Of a stretch of 64,000 nucleotides of DNA, positions 38,845 through 50,313 are shown in pieces; the first letter of the stretch is position 1, and each line of letters starts with the position of its first letter. A program made the position numbers and the translations under genes. The notes under the pieces are model-generated. The model did not search any database and was not told the DNA's origin. It saw only the letters and a list, made by a program, of their open reading frames with translations. Origin of the DNA: Endomicrobiales bacterium (lineage in GTDB: Bacteria; Elusimicrobiota; Endomicrobiia; Endomicrobiales; JALOBY01); contig CAWCNJ010000009.1 of assembly GCA_963796955.1 (NCBI GenBank), positions 37,903-101,902 on the forward strand, read 5' to 3'.

Positions 38845-40587
38845 ATGAAGCTTTTTAACAAATTTTTGGCGGCGCTGCTGGTAAGTTCCCTGATACCGTT
38901 GATCGTGTACAGCGTTTTCCTGCTGATGACGACCGGAACGGTTTTGAAAAGCGTGGTTAACGAGAACAATACGCACGTCGCCGTCAATATGGCGTCGGAA
39001 GCGAACCGGTTCTTCATGGATATAGAAAAAGGCCTGGATATCGCCCGCGAGATAGAGAAATCGCGGGTGAAGGTGAGCGATGCCCAGAAGACCGCCCTGT
39101 TGTTCACCGAGATGCAAAAGAACTCGATGTATTACGCGATCTATCTTCTTGACGATAATTTTAAGATAACCAGCGGCGTTTCAGCGTATGATTACACCGC
39201 GACCGCGGGCATCGATGAAAGTATCGCGGTCAAGGCGCGGGATTTCAATAAGGTCAATGTCGGCAGTATCGGGTATATCTCTTCCGATAAACCGTTCGTT
39301 GACGTTATCTACCCGATCAACACGTTCCCCAGGGAATACCTGTACCTGAAAGTTAAACTGAAATCCCTGATGGCGCGTGTTGACAGCCATCGTAAACCGG
39401 ATGAAACGCCGACCGGGAAACAGGTCTATATTTTTGATGACGCCGGCGCGCAGACGTACCTTGCCGATAAGCCGCAGCCGGCGCTGGACGCAAAAACAAT
39501 GGATTACCTGCGTAACAAGGAATACGAAAAGGCTTTTGTCGAGAATAAGATGGTAAACATCGTCATGAAAACGCGCGGCCCCGAATGGATATTGGTGTAC
39601 CGTGAGCCTACCAAGGAAGCCTATGCGGAAATTTATAAGATGTTCATATCGGCGCTGGTGCTGATACTGCTTACCGCGGGCGCGGCGTTCCTGTTCGCCA
39701 CGGGGCTTGCCCAGGGACTGGTAAAGCCCATAAAAACACTGGTCAGCGGTATAGAAGTTGTCGCTAAAAAGGGAGACCTTGATTATAAACTGCCGCATGT
39801 GGATACCGCCGAGCTCAACCAGGTGTCGGATGCCTTCAACAGCATGACCGGCAAACTTAAAGAGATGCAGGTGGTCATGAAGCAGAGCGAAAGACTTTCC
39901 ACCATCGGGCAAATGTCGAATATCCTTGGCCACGAGATACGCAACCCTCTTGCCGCAATGACCAATGCCATCTATCTTATCAGGATGGAATTGAGCAAAC
40001 TGGCGAATGCCAAAGAGCTGAAGGTTTTCAAACGCATAGATATCATAGAAAATGAGATCAACTCCACTAATAAGATCATAAACGACATGCTGGACTTTTC
40101 CCGTACGCGCCCGCCGGTGCTGTTCAAGCAGGATATGGGCGAGGTCGTTAAAGAAATACTTGAAAAAACGAAAATGCCGGATAAGGTAACGCTGGAGCAG
40201 GAGTACAACGCCACCAGGAAGGTCAACGTCGACGTTGAAGAGATCAAACAGGTGGTGCGTAACCTGGTAAATAACGCGGTTGACGCAATGGCGGACCGTC
40301 CGGTCGCGATGCTGACCATTTCAACCTCGGATGTGTTCATGCGGCGGGGCGAAGCGCAGGTCCCGGCGGTGCTTTTAGAGATCGCCGATACCGGCGGCGG
40401 TATACCGGACGATATCATGAAAAAAATATGGGAGCCGTTCTTCTCTACCAAATCAAAGGGTACGGGGCTCGGCCTTGCAGTGGTCAAACGCATAATCGAA
40501 GAGAGGCACAAGGGGCTGATGGAGGTGCGCAGCATCGTAGGATCCGGCACCACTTTCTCTCTCAAACTGCCGGCCGCGCTTGAATAA
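38845..40587 (+). CDS. Membrane sensor histidine kinase (extracytoplasmic sensor-HAMP-HisKA-HATPase)
   Basis: Two TMs, HAMP (AFNSM), HEIRNPL, DTGGG, FFSTKSKGTGLGL. Confidence 0.92.
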   Translation: MKLFNKFLAALLVSSLIPLIVYSVFLLMTTGTVLKSVVNENNTHVAVNMASEANRFFMDIEKGLDIAREIEKSRVKVSDAQKTALLFTEMQKNSMYYAIYLLDDNFKITSGVSAYDYTATAGIDESIAVKARDFNKVNVGSIGYISSDKPFVDVIYPINTFPREYLYLKVKLKSLMARVDSHRKPDETPTGKQVYIFDDAGAQTYLADKPQPALDAKTMDYLRNKEYEKAFVENKMVNIVMKTRGPEWILVYREPTKEAYAEIYKMFISALVLILLTAGAAFLFATGLAQGLVKPIKTLVSGIEVVAKKGDLDYKLPHVDTAELNQVSDAFNSMTGKLKEMQVVMKQSERLSTIGQMSNILGHEIRNPLAAMTNAIYLIRMELSKLANAKELKVFKRIDIIENEINSTNKIINDMLDFSRTRPPVLFKQDMGEVVKEILEKTKMPDKVTLEQEYNATRKVNVDVEEIKQVVRNLVNNAVDAMADRPVAMLTISTSDVFMRRGEAQVPAVLLEIADTGGGIPDDIMKKIWEPFFSTKSKGTGLGLAVVKRIIEERHKGLMEVRSIVGSGTTFSLKLPAALE

Positions 40588-40603
40588 TTAACAAGGGGAT
40601 TGT

Positions 40604-42262
40604 ATGAGCGAACTAGCTATTCTTATTGTTGACGATGATCCGGATATTCTGACGACCTTAGGCGATGTGCTCAAGGAAAACCAATGGCATGTTGACCTGG
40701 CTGAAAACGGGACTAAGGCCGTGGCCCTGGTAAAAGACCAGGTGTATGATCTGGTGTTACTGGACGTCAATATGCCCGGGTTGGACGGTGTGCAGACCAT
40801 GATGCAGATAAAGAACATCAGGCCTGAAACGATGGTTTTTCTGATGACCGGCGGCTCTCTTGACCGGATCAGGCAGTTGCAGGATAACCTTATACCGACG
40901 GTATTGCAAAAACCGATAGATGCCGCACGCATCGTGGCTATGGTCGCGGACCTGGAAAAGAAAGGCCAGGTGCTTGTCGTGGATGACGATGAGAACGACC
41001 GGAACCTGCTCGCGGACCTGCTGGTTGAAAGCGGCTACCGGGTGAAGGCCGCCAAAAATGGGGCAGAAGGTGTTGCGCTCGCCGCCGACAATGATTTCTC
41101 GGTCGCCCTTATAGACATGAAACTGCCGGACATGTCCGGCACTGAGGTTATGGAAAAGCTTAAGCAGCTCCAACCGGGTGTTTTTGTAATAGTCATTTCC
41201 GGCTACAGTCTTGACGCGATCATGGACGAGGTCATAAAAAAAGGCGCGTACAGTTGTTTTGTCAAGCCCTTTAACGTTGAGATGCTGCTGAAGGAAATTG
41301 AGGCGGTAATGCATAAGAGCACGGAGCAGTCTTCCGATTCTTCGTTTAACGTTAAACCCCGTATCCTGATGGTGGATGACGATGAGAACATACGTGAGAC
41401 GATGGCTGATATCGTCAGAGAGAATAACTATACCGTCGATACCGCCAGCTCGGTGGAGATGGCCCTTGAGCTGATATCAAAACACACGTATAATGTCGTC
41501 GTCTCCGACCTTAAAATGGGCGACCGCCAGGGTCTGGAACTGGTAGATCCCGTCCACGAGCGTAATCCCGGGACGGCCTTCCTGCTGATGACCGGGCAGG
41601 GAACCATGGAGACGGCGCTTGAAGCGATCAAGAAAGGCGTCAACGAGTATTTGCTGAAACCGTTACAGCCCGCCGATCTGCTGCATAAGCTGGAGGTGCT
41701 GCTGGAGACGCAGCAGCTGCAGATGGAAAAAGACATGCTGATGAAGGAAGTAATGGAATCTAACGTTAAATTGCAGGAAATAACCCGCATAGACGAACTG
41801 ACCCAGGTGCTGAGCCGCCGCTGCCTGTTCGAAGTGCTTTATGGCGAGCTGCAGCGCGCGAAACGGCAGAAGACTTTGATCAGTCTTTTCATGTGTGATG
41901 TTGATGGATTTAAAAGGTATAATGATACGTACGGGCACGTGGAGGGAGATAAGCTGCTGCGTACCATTGCCGACATACTTAAAACAACGGTGCGCCAATT
42001 CCTGGACCAGGTATTCCGCTACGGCGGAGATGAATTCGCCATCGTGCTGCCGGGCGTGGACGAACCGATCGCCCGCGATGTGGCGGAACGCATCTTGAAG
42101 AATGTCGTTGAAAAAGTCGGGCCTTTCAATGTCGGTATAAGCATCGGCGGCGTTTGTTATTCCGGCTCACAGACGGAAATTAACGTCAACGAACTGATAG
42201 ACATAGCTGACAAGAAGCTGTATGAGGGTAAAAAGGCCGGCAAAGGTAGATTTGTAATTTAA
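40604..42262 (+). CDS. Triple-receiver diguanylate cyclase
   Basis: Three xVDDD/D..MP-type/KP receiver units; DVDGFK.YNDTYGH..GD, RYGGDEF. Confidence 0.92.
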   Translation: MSELAILIVDDDPDILTTLGDVLKENQWHVDLAENGTKAVALVKDQVYDLVLLDVNMPGLDGVQTMMQIKNIRPETMVFLMTGGSLDRIRQLQDNLIPTVLQKPIDAARIVAMVADLEKKGQVLVVDDDENDRNLLADLLVESGYRVKAAKNGAEGVALAADNDFSVALIDMKLPDMSGTEVMEKLKQLQPGVFVIVISGYSLDAIMDEVIKKGAYSCFVKPFNVEMLLKEIEAVMHKSTEQSSDSSFNVKPRILMVDDDENIRETMADIVRENNYTVDTASSVEMALELISKHTYNVVVSDLKMGDRQGLELVDPVHERNPGTAFLLMTGQGTMETALEAIKKGVNEYLLKPLQPADLLHKLEVLLETQQLQMEKDMLMKEVMESNVKLQEITRIDELTQVLSRRCLFEVLYGELQRAKRQKTLISLFMCDVDGFKRYNDTYGHVEGDKLLRTIADILKTTVRQFLDQVFRYGGDEFAIVLPGVDEPIARDVAERILKNVVEKVGPFNVGISIGGVCYSGSQTEINVNELIDIADKKLYEGKKAGKGRFVI

Positions 42263-45078
42263 TGGGAAAAATAGTAATACGCGGCGCACGCCAGCATAAT
42301 TTAAAGAATATAAGTTTAGAGATCCCGCGCGACAAACTGGTTGTCATAACTGGGCTTTCTGGTTCCGGCAAGTCTTCGCTTGCCTTCGACACGATCTACG
42401 CCGAAGGACAACGTCGCTACGTCGAGTCCTTGTCCGCCTATGCCCGCCAGTTCCTGGAGCTGATGGAAAAGCCCGATCTGGATACGATCGAAGGGCTTTC
42501 GCCCGCGATCGCGATCGAACAGCGCAATCCCTCTCACAATCCCCGGTCGACCGTCGGCACCGTAACGGAACTGTATGATTACCTGCGCCTTCTTTTCGCC
42601 CGCATCGGTGTGCCGCATTGCTACAAGTGCGGCAAGGAAATACGGCCGCAATCCGCGCAGCAGATAATCGACGGGTTGATGAAACTGCCGGCCGGCACGA
42701 AATTACAGGTGCTTTCTCCCGTGGTCAACGGACGCATCGGCACCTACGAAGAACTGTTCAAACGTTTCACAAAATCCGGTTTCGTGCGCGCCCGGGTTGA
42801 CAAGCAGATCGTCGATATCGGTGAAAAGATCAAGCTGGACCGCTATAAGAAACATACTATCGAGCTGGTCGTCGACAGACTGGTCATAGGCCCCGACATA
42901 CGCTCAAGGCTTGCTGATTCTGTCGAGACTTCCTTGAAAGAATCCAAGGGTCTGGTATTGGCCCTGATAGAGCAACCGGGAGCCGTAAAAGAAGAACGAT
43001 TGTTTTCCGAACATTATGCCTGCCCTGAGTGCGGCATAAGTATGCCCGACCTTGAACCCCGCTTATTCTCCTTTAACTCTCCCTACGGCGCCTGCCCGGA
43101 TTGCACGGGCCTCGGCGTAAAGATAGAAATAGACGAAGATCTGGTGGTGCCCGATGTTACCCGTTCCATAGAGAACGGCGCGATAGCCGCCTGGTCCAAC
43201 CCCATAACGACCCGTACGAACCGCTGGAAAAATTCCTGGGGCGGCTACTACGAAGAACTCCTTACCTCGGCCGCAAGACGGAACAGTATTCCGTTGAACA
43301 AACCGTGGAAGACCCTCACCCGTGCCCAGCAGGAAGTGATGCTTTTTGGCGACGGGGATTTTGAAGGCGTTATAACGAACCTCAAAAGACGGTATGCCGA
43401 AACAGAATCGGACTTTGTGCGTGAAGAAGTGCGCGCTAAATACATGCGTGAGAAAACCTGCCCGACCTGCGGCGGCATGCGCTTGAAAAAAGAAGTGCTG
43501 GCTGTCATGGTGGGAAAGAGATCGATCGTGGATGTTACCAAATTATCGGTGATCGCCGCGATAGAGTTCTTCGACAACCTTGCCCTGTCGGAGAAAGATA
43601 AGAATATCAGCCGCATAATCATGAAAGAGATAAACGCCCGCCTGAGATTTTTATTCAATGTGGGCCTCGGCTATCTTACGATAGACCGCCAGAGTTCCAC
43701 CCTTGCCGGCGGAGAAGCCCAGCGCATACATTTGGCGACACAGATAGGCTCCGGCCTGACCGGCGTGCTGTACGTGCTGGATGAGCCCTCTATCGGCCTG
43801 CACCAGCGCGATAACAAGCGCCTGCTCGATACGCTCATTAAATTACGGGATCTGGGAAACACCTTGATCGTGGTGGAACACGACGAAGAGACCATGCGCA
43901 TGGCCGATTGGCTTATCGACCTTGGCCCGGGCGCCGGGGTCCACGGCGGGCATATTGTTGCCGAGGGTCCGGTCTCAAAAGTCTTGAAGTCAAAGGATTC
44001 TCTCACGGCACAGTACCTTAACGGGAAATTGGTCATACCGCTTCCCGCGCGGCGCAGGGAGCCGCGTGAAGATAAATGGATCAATATCGTCGGCGCCAAA
44101 CAGTTCAACCTCAAAAATATCAACGTTAACATCCCCCTGGGGCTTATGGTTTGCATCACCGGTGTTTCGGGTTCCGGCAAGTCTACGCTGGTCCACGATA
44201 TCCTTTACCGGTCGGTTTCGCAGAAACTGTACACCACCCGGGAGCTGCCCGGCAAAGTGAAAGAAGTGCGCGGCATTGAAAATCTGGACAGGGTTATCAT
44301 TGTGGATCAGTCTCCCATCGGGCGCACACCCAGGTCCAACCCGGTCACGTATACCGGCTCGTTCGGCGCTATCCGTGATCTCTTTTCATCGCTGCCCGAA
44401 GCAAAACGCAGGGGTTACCAGCCCGGCAGGTTCTCGTTCAATGTTAAAGGCGGCCGCTGCGAGAATTGCGAAGGCGACGGTACTATAAAGATCGCCATGC
44501 AGTTCCTGCCCGACGTGTACGTGCATTGCGAAGTCTGCGGCGGGAAAAGATTCAATGAAGAAACGCTGCAAATCAAATATAACGGAAAGAGCATCTACGA
44601 AGTGCTGGATATGACGGTAGAGGAAGGCCTGGAATTTTTTAAAAATATCCCGCTGCTGGCACGGGTGCTGGGCACGCTCAACGACGTGGGCCTTGGCTAC
44701 ATAAAACTCGGCCAGAGCGCCAATACGCTCTCCGGCGGCGAAGCCCAGCGTGTAAAGCTGGCAACGGAGCTCTCAAAACGCTCCAGCGGCCGGGCGCTCT
44801 ATATTTTAGATGAACCAACGACCGGCCTTCATTTCGCGGACGTCCATAAACTGCTGGATGTTCTGCACCGGCTGGTGGATTACGGCAATACCGTTCTTGT
44901 TATAGAACATAACCTGGAGGTAATAAAAACCGCCGACTGGATAGTGGACCTGGGCCCTGAAGGCGGCGAAGCCGGCGGCCAGGTAGTAGCTTTCGGCACC
45001 CCGGAGAAAGTTGTTGAGTGCAAAAATTCCTACACCGGTCACTATTTAAAAGACTATTTAAAAGCAAAACGTTCTTAA
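42262..45078 (+). CDS. uvrA: Excinuclease ABC subunit A
   Basis: GLSGSGKS and GVSGSGKS Walker A motifs; zinc fingers; LSGGEAQR. Confidence 0.98.
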   Translation: MGKIVIRGARQHNLKNISLEIPRDKLVVITGLSGSGKSSLAFDTIYAEGQRRYVESLSAYARQFLELMEKPDLDTIEGLSPAIAIEQRNPSHNPRSTVGTVTELYDYLRLLFARIGVPHCYKCGKEIRPQSAQQIIDGLMKLPAGTKLQVLSPVVNGRIGTYEELFKRFTKSGFVRARVDKQIVDIGEKIKLDRYKKHTIELVVDRLVIGPDIRSRLADSVETSLKESKGLVLALIEQPGAVKEERLFSEHYACPECGISMPDLEPRLFSFNSPYGACPDCTGLGVKIEIDEDLVVPDVTRSIENGAIAAWSNPITTRTNRWKNSWGGYYEELLTSAARRNSIPLNKPWKTLTRAQQEVMLFGDGDFEGVITNLKRRYAETESDFVREEVRAKYMREKTCPTCGGMRLKKEVLAVMVGKRSIVDVTKLSVIAAIEFFDNLALSEKDKNISRIIMKEINARLRFLFNVGLGYLTIDRQSSTLAGGEAQRIHLATQIGSGLTGVLYVLDEPSIGLHQRDNKRLLDTLIKLRDLGNTLIVVEHDEETMRMADWLIDLGPGAGVHGGHIVAEGPVSKVLKSKDSLTAQYLNGKLVIPLPARRREPREDKWINIVGAKQFNLKNINVNIPLGLMVCITGVSGSGKSTLVHDILYRSVSQKLYTTRELPGKVKEVRGIENLDRVIIVDQSPIGRTPRSNPVTYTGSFGAIRDLFSSLPEAKRRGYQPGRFSFNVKGGRCENCEGDGTIKIAMQFLPDVYVHCEVCGGKRFNEETLQIKYNGKSIYEVLDMTVEEGLEFFKNIPLLARVLGTLNDVGLGYIKLGQSANTLSGGEAQRVKLATELSKRSSGRALYILDEPTTGLHFADVHKLLDVLHRLVDYGNTVLVIEHNLEVIKTADWIVDLGPEGGEAGGQVVAFGTPEKVVECKNSYTGHYLKDYLKAKRS

Positions 45079-45088
45079 GGTTCGTTTC

Positions 45089-45117
45089 TTGACACCTGTT
45101 GAAGTAAAAGTTACTAT
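45089..45117 (+). promoter_or_regulatory. Sigma70 promoter of pal-cpoB-tolA-tolB
   Basis: TTGACA-17 bp-TACTAT. Confidence 0.7.
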
Positions 45118-45160
45118 ATAGAAATACTAAATGTAATAATATAATTAAGGGGTGTGCAAC

Positions 45161-45658
45161 ATGAAAAGGTATTTTTTATTGTTGGTCGTTGTTGGTGTGA
45201 TGTTCGCGGGATGCGCTAAGAAACAGATGTTGAGACCTGAACCGATCGTCCCTGTCGTTCCTCAGGCAACGGAAAGCAAGGAAGAGCCCTCTATACGGTA
45301 CGACGACTGGACGGAAACGGCCGGTGTTTCGATCGTGTATTTCGATTACGATTCCTCAAACCTGACCGACGACGGCCGCGCCGTGCTTAAGACCAACGCG
45401 GAATTCCTGAAATCCAATGTCGGTATGGAAGTGCTGGTGGAAGGTCACTGTGACGAACGCGGCACCGTTGAATATAACCTTGCCCTCGGCCAGCGCCGCG
45501 CCGCCGCGGTCCGTGAATACTACATAACCCTCGGCGTTCCCGCAGCCTCGATCGGTACCATCTCGTATGGAAAAGAAAGGCCCGCCGCTCCCGGTAACTC
45601 TGAAGCTGCCTGGGCGAAGAACCGCCGGGCGGTGACCAAGATCCGCAATAAAAAATAA
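45161..45658 (+). CDS. pal: Peptidoglycan-associated lipoprotein
   Basis: FAGC lipobox; YFDYD, EGHCDERGT.EYNLALGQRRA, SYGKE, KNRR. Confidence 0.95.
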   Translation: MKRYFLLLVVVGVMFAGCAKKQMLRPEPIVPVVPQATESKEEPSIRYDDWTETAGVSIVYFDYDSSNLTDDGRAVLKTNAEFLKSNVGMEVLVEGHCDERGTVEYNLALGQRRAAAVREYYITLGVPAASIGTISYGKERPAAPGNSEAAWAKNRRAVTKIRNKK

Positions 45659-45661
45659 ACA

Positions 45662-46375
45662 ATGAAAAAGAACCTTGTCCTTATCCTGATCGCCTGTTCT
45701 CCTCTGGTGTTGGCCGGGTGCGTGGCAACGTCGCAGGACATGCTGAATATGCGCGACGATATGTACCAGCTGCTTACCAAACTTAATGAAGTGCAGCGCA
45801 ACCAGGCCGATCTTTCCGCCAAAATGGATACGGTTGTCGGTAAGATGGATATGCTTGGCTCAAAACTTGAAGAGACGCAGAACCGCATGTCGCTGCTGGG
45901 CCAGCGCCTGGACGATGTGGAAACAAATCTCTCACAACGCACGGGAAAACTTTTTGAACAGCTTTCCGGTACCGCCTTGAACGCGGGCCCCATGCCGTCG
46001 GATCTTTACCGCATGGCGTACGGCGATTTTTCGGCTGGAAAATATGACCTTGCTATAACGGGTTTTAAATCTTATCTGGACAAATACGCCACGGGCGCCC
46101 TGGCAGACCAGGCGCAGTACTATATCGGCGAAAGCGCGTATGCCAAAAGTGATTGGCAGGGGGCATTTGACGGTTTTGACGCCGTTGAAAAACGCTATCC
46201 GACCAGTTCACTCATCCCGGCTGCCCGCTTAAAGAAGGCTGCCTGCCTTGAGATGCTCGGAAAAAAAGACGATGCAAAAGGGCTGCTGCAGGCTCTGATA
46301 AAAGATTATCCAAATTCCGCCGAGGCTCAGACGGCCCGCGAAAAACTGGGTACTTCCGCCCCCAATGGCAAATGA
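45662..46375 (+). CDS. cpoB: Tol-Pal protein YbgF/CpoB
   Basis: LAGC lipobox, coiled coil, TPR (AQYYIGE...YP.S); follows pal. Confidence 0.88.
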   Translation: MKKNLVLILIACSPLVLAGCVATSQDMLNMRDDMYQLLTKLNEVQRNQADLSAKMDTVVGKMDMLGSKLEETQNRMSLLGQRLDDVETNLSQRTGKLFEQLSGTALNAGPMPSDLYRMAYGDFSAGKYDLAITGFKSYLDKYATGALADQAQYYIGESAYAKSDWQGAFDGFDAVEKRYPTSSLIPAARLKKAACLEMLGKKDDAKGLLQALIKDYPNSAEAQTAREKLGTSAPNGK

Positions 46376-47009
46376 CCTTAAACCCTTCCTGCTGATCTCG
46401 CTGTTGCTGCATCTGGTGTTTTTTATCGCGACAGCCGTGCACTCAAAGAAGATCCTCTACGTTAACCTGCCCGTAGACCTTATATTTTCAAACCCGCCTT
46501 CCGCCGCTCCCCAGGAGGCGCAGGCGGTCGTACCGGCACCAAAAGAGAAAGAGCCGGTAGTACCGAAAAAACAAAAGAAAACGATCGCGAAAACCGTAAA
46601 AAAACAAGAGATCAAAAAAGAAGAAGCGCCGAAACCTCAGGTGCAGCAACAGCCTCAAGCCCAGGCGCAGCCGCAGGCTCCGGTTAATACGAATGCCGCA
46701 CCGAACAGCCCTATCAGCCTGGACGCCGCGAAATTTCCCTACGCCTATTACACCAACATGATAGTAAAACGCATAAACCGCAACTGGCAGTGGGCCCAGT
46801 CTTTCGGCAGGATGAAAGCGGTCATATATTTCAAGATACAGAAAGACGGGCGGATAACCGACATAGCGGTAAAGACCTCTTCCGGCGAAGCGCTCTTCGA
46901 TCAGCAGGCGGTGCGCGCGGTAAGCCTTGCCGATCCCCTGGCCCCGCTGCCGGACGGCTACGGCGAGTCAGATCTGGGCGTCTATTTCGAATTTCAGTTC
47001 AGGGAGTAA
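46365..47009 (+). CDS. tolA: TolA/TonB-like protein
   Basis: SLLLH TM anchor, Pro/Lys/Gln linker, F.I..DG...SSG...FD..A.RAV C-domain. Confidence 0.8.
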   Translation: MANDLKPFLLISLLLHLVFFIATAVHSKKILYVNLPVDLIFSNPPSAAPQEAQAVVPAPKEKEPVVPKKQKKTIAKTVKKQEIKKEEAPKPQVQQQPQAQAQPQAPVNTNAAPNSPISLDAAKFPYAYYTNMIVKRINRNWQWAQSFGRMKAVIYFKIQKDGRITDIAVKTSSGEALFDQQAVRAVSLADPLAPLPDGYGESDLGVYFEFQFRE

Positions 47010-47010
47010 T

Positions 47011-48276
47011 ATGAAAAAAATAGTTGCCGTATTGATTTTTATATTCATCGCTTCCACGGCCCAGGCGGTCGATGTGTACCTGAAACTTATGTCGCATGGC
47101 GCCAGGATGAACGTCGGTGTGGCCGGCTTTCTGCCGAAGAACGCGACGATCGAAGAGGCGAAACTGGGCCGCCAGATACAGGGTGTTGTGCGAAACGACC
47201 TGCTGTATTCACGCTATTTCGATATCCTTAACGACGGTCCGCTCTATACCGGCAAGGATATAGAACTAAAAGAATGGCAGGACCTGGGCGCGGCGGTGCT
47301 CGTCTGCGGATCGTTGAGAATAGACACCAATACCGTATTCCTGACAGCGCAGATATTCGATATAGACAGCAACTCCGTGATCTGGGATAAAACGCTCAGC
47401 GATGATGTGCGTAACTGGCGCAAGCTCGCGCATCTGGTGAACGATGAAATTGTGCTGCGTTTTACCGGCGAGCGCGGCATAGCGCATACAAAACTCGTGT
47501 TTTCCAATGATTCAACCGGTTCTAAAGAACTATGCACCGTCGATTACGACGGCGCATCTTTTGAACGTCTTACCAGCGATCATTCCATCAACATTCTGCC
47601 GAAATGGGGAAGCGATAACAAAGAGATACTGTACACGACCTTCCGTTTCGGCAATCCGGACCTCTACGCAATAAGGGTCAACGGTTCAGGACGCAGGGCT
47701 GTTTCCACCCGGCAGGGCCTTAACACCGCAGCGGTATTTTCGCCGGATTGTTCACAGATCGCCCTTACCATCAGCAACGGGAAAAACCCCAACCTGTACC
47801 TGCTTAACCGCGATGGCAGCCTGGTGCGGCAGCTGACGTTCGGGCGGGCTATACAGACCAGTCCCTCTTTTGCGCCGAACGGAAGGGAGCTGGTGTACGT
47901 TTCAGATAAATCCACGTATCCCCAGCTTTACATTATGGGTCTTGACGGCACGAATGAGCGGAAATTGCCCACCGACGGGTATTGCGATTCGCCCTGCTGG
48001 TCCCCGCGCGGCGATAAAATAGTGTTCGCCCAGCGCCAGGGCAGGGATAACTACGATATTTACATTTACGACCTGGCCTCCACCCGCGTCTCGCGCCTTA
48101 CCCAGAACCAGGGAACGAACGAAAATCCTTTCTGGTCACCGGACGGACGCTTTATCGTTTTCAGTTCCACTCGCTCCGGCCGCAAAGAGCTCTATATCAT
48201 TGCCGCCGACGGATCGGGAGCCCGCAAACTGACGGACCTGGCCGGTAACTCCGCGACGCCCTCCTGGTCTCCCTGA
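47011..48276 (+). CDS. tolB: TolB beta-propeller protein
   Basis: Signal peptide; AH...DEI...FTG.RG; PD40 repeats (P.WSPDG). Confidence 0.92.
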   Translation: MKKIVAVLIFIFIASTAQAVDVYLKLMSHGARMNVGVAGFLPKNATIEEAKLGRQIQGVVRNDLLYSRYFDILNDGPLYTGKDIELKEWQDLGAAVLVCGSLRIDTNTVFLTAQIFDIDSNSVIWDKTLSDDVRNWRKLAHLVNDEIVLRFTGERGIAHTKLVFSNDSTGSKELCTVDYDGASFERLTSDHSINILPKWGSDNKEILYTTFRFGNPDLYAIRVNGSGRRAVSTRQGLNTAAVFSPDCSQIALTISNGKNPNLYLLNRDGSLVRQLTFGRAIQTSPSFAPNGRELVYVSDKSTYPQLYIMGLDGTNERKLPTDGYCDSPCWSPRGDKIVFAQRQGRDNYDIYIYDLASTRVSRLTQNQGTNENPFWSPDGRFIVFSSTRSGRKELYIIAADGSGARKLTDLAGNSATPSWSP

Positions 48277-48293
48277 ACACTACGTAATAAACC

Positions 48294-48322
48294 TTGCAAA
48301 CACTTCGATAACACGTTAAACT
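48294..48322 (+). promoter_or_regulatory. Possible sigma70 promoter
   Basis: TTGCAA-17 bp-TAAACT upstream of the SpoVG-like gene. Confidence 0.45.
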
Positions 48323-48367
48323 TACTATAAGTCAGTTTAAAATATTTGATAATAAGGCGGGGGTTAA

Positions 48368-48928
48368 TTGAGATATTTTCTTCGAACAGTTCTGCTGATC
48401 TGCCTGGCCGCGAACGTGTGCTTTGCTACCGCCCCTTCCGTGATAACAGTGACCTCCCTTACGGCGACCCAGAACGGCAAGGCGTGCGAAATAACATTAA
48501 ATAACGCCCTTACCATCCGTGAAATAAATATCGTGAACGTCGGTGGACGTACCCTGCTGAAATTCCCCGAATCCATTTCCAAACGCGGCAAGATATTCCC
48601 ACAGGTGCGCCTTACTTCAAGGCAGGCGCGCGAAGCGGTCTATTCTGCCGTAGAAAAACATGCACCCTCCAGCCACTGGGGGCCGCTGAGCTTTGAGGTG
48701 TCGAAAGTAATGCGCTACGGTAAAAAATCCTCGCTGAAGGCTTTCGTGTCGGTCGTTTTCGGCGGGGGGGTGGAAATAGAAAGCCGGGTCATCACCGGCA
48801 GCAAGGGATTGTTCGTCGCCTGGCCCGCACGTAAATCCGGTAGTCAGTGGGTAGATCAGGTTACGATCGACGATCCTAAAATAAAAAGTGAAGTGGAGGC
48901 AGCGATCATTGCAGCCTACGAGAAATAA
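48368..48928 (+). CDS. Tandem SpoVG-like domain protein with signal peptide
   Basis: LKAFVSVVF...RVI.G.KGLFVAWPARK...W.D...I.AAY resembles SpoVG; a more divergent copy precedes it. Confidence 0.7.
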   Translation: MRYFLRTVLLICLAANVCFATAPSVITVTSLTATQNGKACEITLNNALTIREINIVNVGGRTLLKFPESISKRGKIFPQVRLTSRQAREAVYSAVEKHAPSSHWGPLSFEVSKVMRYGKKSSLKAFVSVVFGGGVEIESRVITGSKGLFVAWPARKSGSQWVDQVTIDDPKIKSEVEAAIIAAYEK

Positions 48929-50313
48929 TGGAAATTAACGAGATCAAGAAACAGGCGCTCAAAGAGATCCTGCAAACCATCGTTGTTCCGGTGGCAGCCT
49001 GGCTTGCGTTTTTCGCCCTGGTATACAATCTCATCAAATCCCCTATCCCGAGAGAATTAATATTCCCTCTCAGCGGTCCCGTGATGCTGGTGTTGTATTA
49101 TTTCTCGGGTCCCATTCAGAGCGGTATTTATCTGGGCTTCCTTACGGTCGTCGGTTTGGGCGGCATTCTGCTGGCCGCCGACGGCGGCATGCGCTGGGTC
49201 TTTTTGTTCGAGACCATCTGGCTGTGGGCCTTCTTCCTGATGATAGAACTATATCAGCAAAACTACATCGCCGAAAGAAACCACCGTAAAGAGGAAGAGG
49301 AAGTTTCTGAAACGCGCCTTGCCCTGCTCGGCAGCACCATTGAATCCACGCAAAAACGCCGTGACAGCCTGATACAGCGCATATCGAATTATCAGCTGCT
49401 CGGGCGCATAGTCCAGATAGCGGGTTCCACGATACACGAAGAGCGGATCCTGCCCATGATCGTGCGTCTGGCCGCGAAATTCATAGCGCGCGGCACCTGG
49501 GACGTAAAGCTGGACGATACCGATAACGCCTTTGTCGAATATGTGAAGAACAACAAGGTGCCGTTGATCATAGAGAACCTTTCCACCGACAACCGCTTTT
49601 ACTCGAAGCGGGCGCGTTTCTCTTCCATGATCGCCGTGCCCGTTGAGGTAAACGGGGAATTCCACGGTATCATAAAAGGTATCTCTTCCCGTACCGATGA
49701 ATTCGATGAAGGCGACCTGCGGTTGTTATCCGTGCTGGGGGGCCTTGCCAGCATCTCTTTGACCAATGCCCGGCTGTACCAGCGCTTGCAGGAACTGTCC
49801 ATAACGGACGGCCTTACCGGCCTGTACGTGCAGCGGTATTTCAAAGAACGATTAAGCGAAGAATTGCAGCGTTCAAAAAGCCATAACCTCGCGCTCTCAG
49901 TGGCATTGATAGATGTCGACCATTTTAAGAAGTTTAACGACAACTACGGTCACAGTTCCGGCGATGCCGTTTTGCGGCAAGTAGCCCACCTGCTGCGCCG
50001 CCGTCTCAGGGAGACCGACTTTCTGTGCCGTTACGGCGGCGAGGAGTTCTCCTTGATCATGCTGCAGACGTGCGGCCAGGAAGCCGGGGTGATCTGCGAA
50101 GAGATACGGAAAAGCATAGAGAGCGAACGCTTCTACCTGCCGATAGAAAGTTTTCAACCGGTCTGCGCGCGCCTGGCTGTCAGCATCGGTATCGCGGAAT
50201 TTTCAAGGGCGGATCAGACGGAAAATGAATTGATAGAGCTTGCCGATGCGGCGCTCTACCGTGCCAAGAAGAACGGCCGCAATTGCGTCGTGCTGGAGCA
50301 ACAAAAGCAATGA
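48928..50313 (+). CDS. Membrane GAF-GGDEF diguanylate cyclase
   Basis: N-terminal TMs; GAF (SMIAVP...F.E.DLRLL...NARLY); TDGLTGL, RETD...RYGGEEF. Confidence 0.92.
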   Translation: MEINEIKKQALKEILQTIVVPVAAWLAFFALVYNLIKSPIPRELIFPLSGPVMLVLYYFSGPIQSGIYLGFLTVVGLGGILLAADGGMRWVFLFETIWLWAFFLMIELYQQNYIAERNHRKEEEEVSETRLALLGSTIESTQKRRDSLIQRISNYQLLGRIVQIAGSTIHEERILPMIVRLAAKFIARGTWDVKLDDTDNAFVEYVKNNKVPLIIENLSTDNRFYSKRARFSSMIAVPVEVNGEFHGIIKGISSRTDEFDEGDLRLLSVLGGLASISLTNARLYQRLQELSITDGLTGLYVQRYFKERLSEELQRSKSHNLALSVALIDVDHFKKFNDNYGHSSGDAVLRQVAHLLRRRLRETDFLCRYGGEEFSLIMLQTCGQEAGVICEEIRKSIESERFYLPIESFQPVCARLAVSIGIAEFSRADQTENELIELADAALYRAKKNGRNCVVLEQQKQ

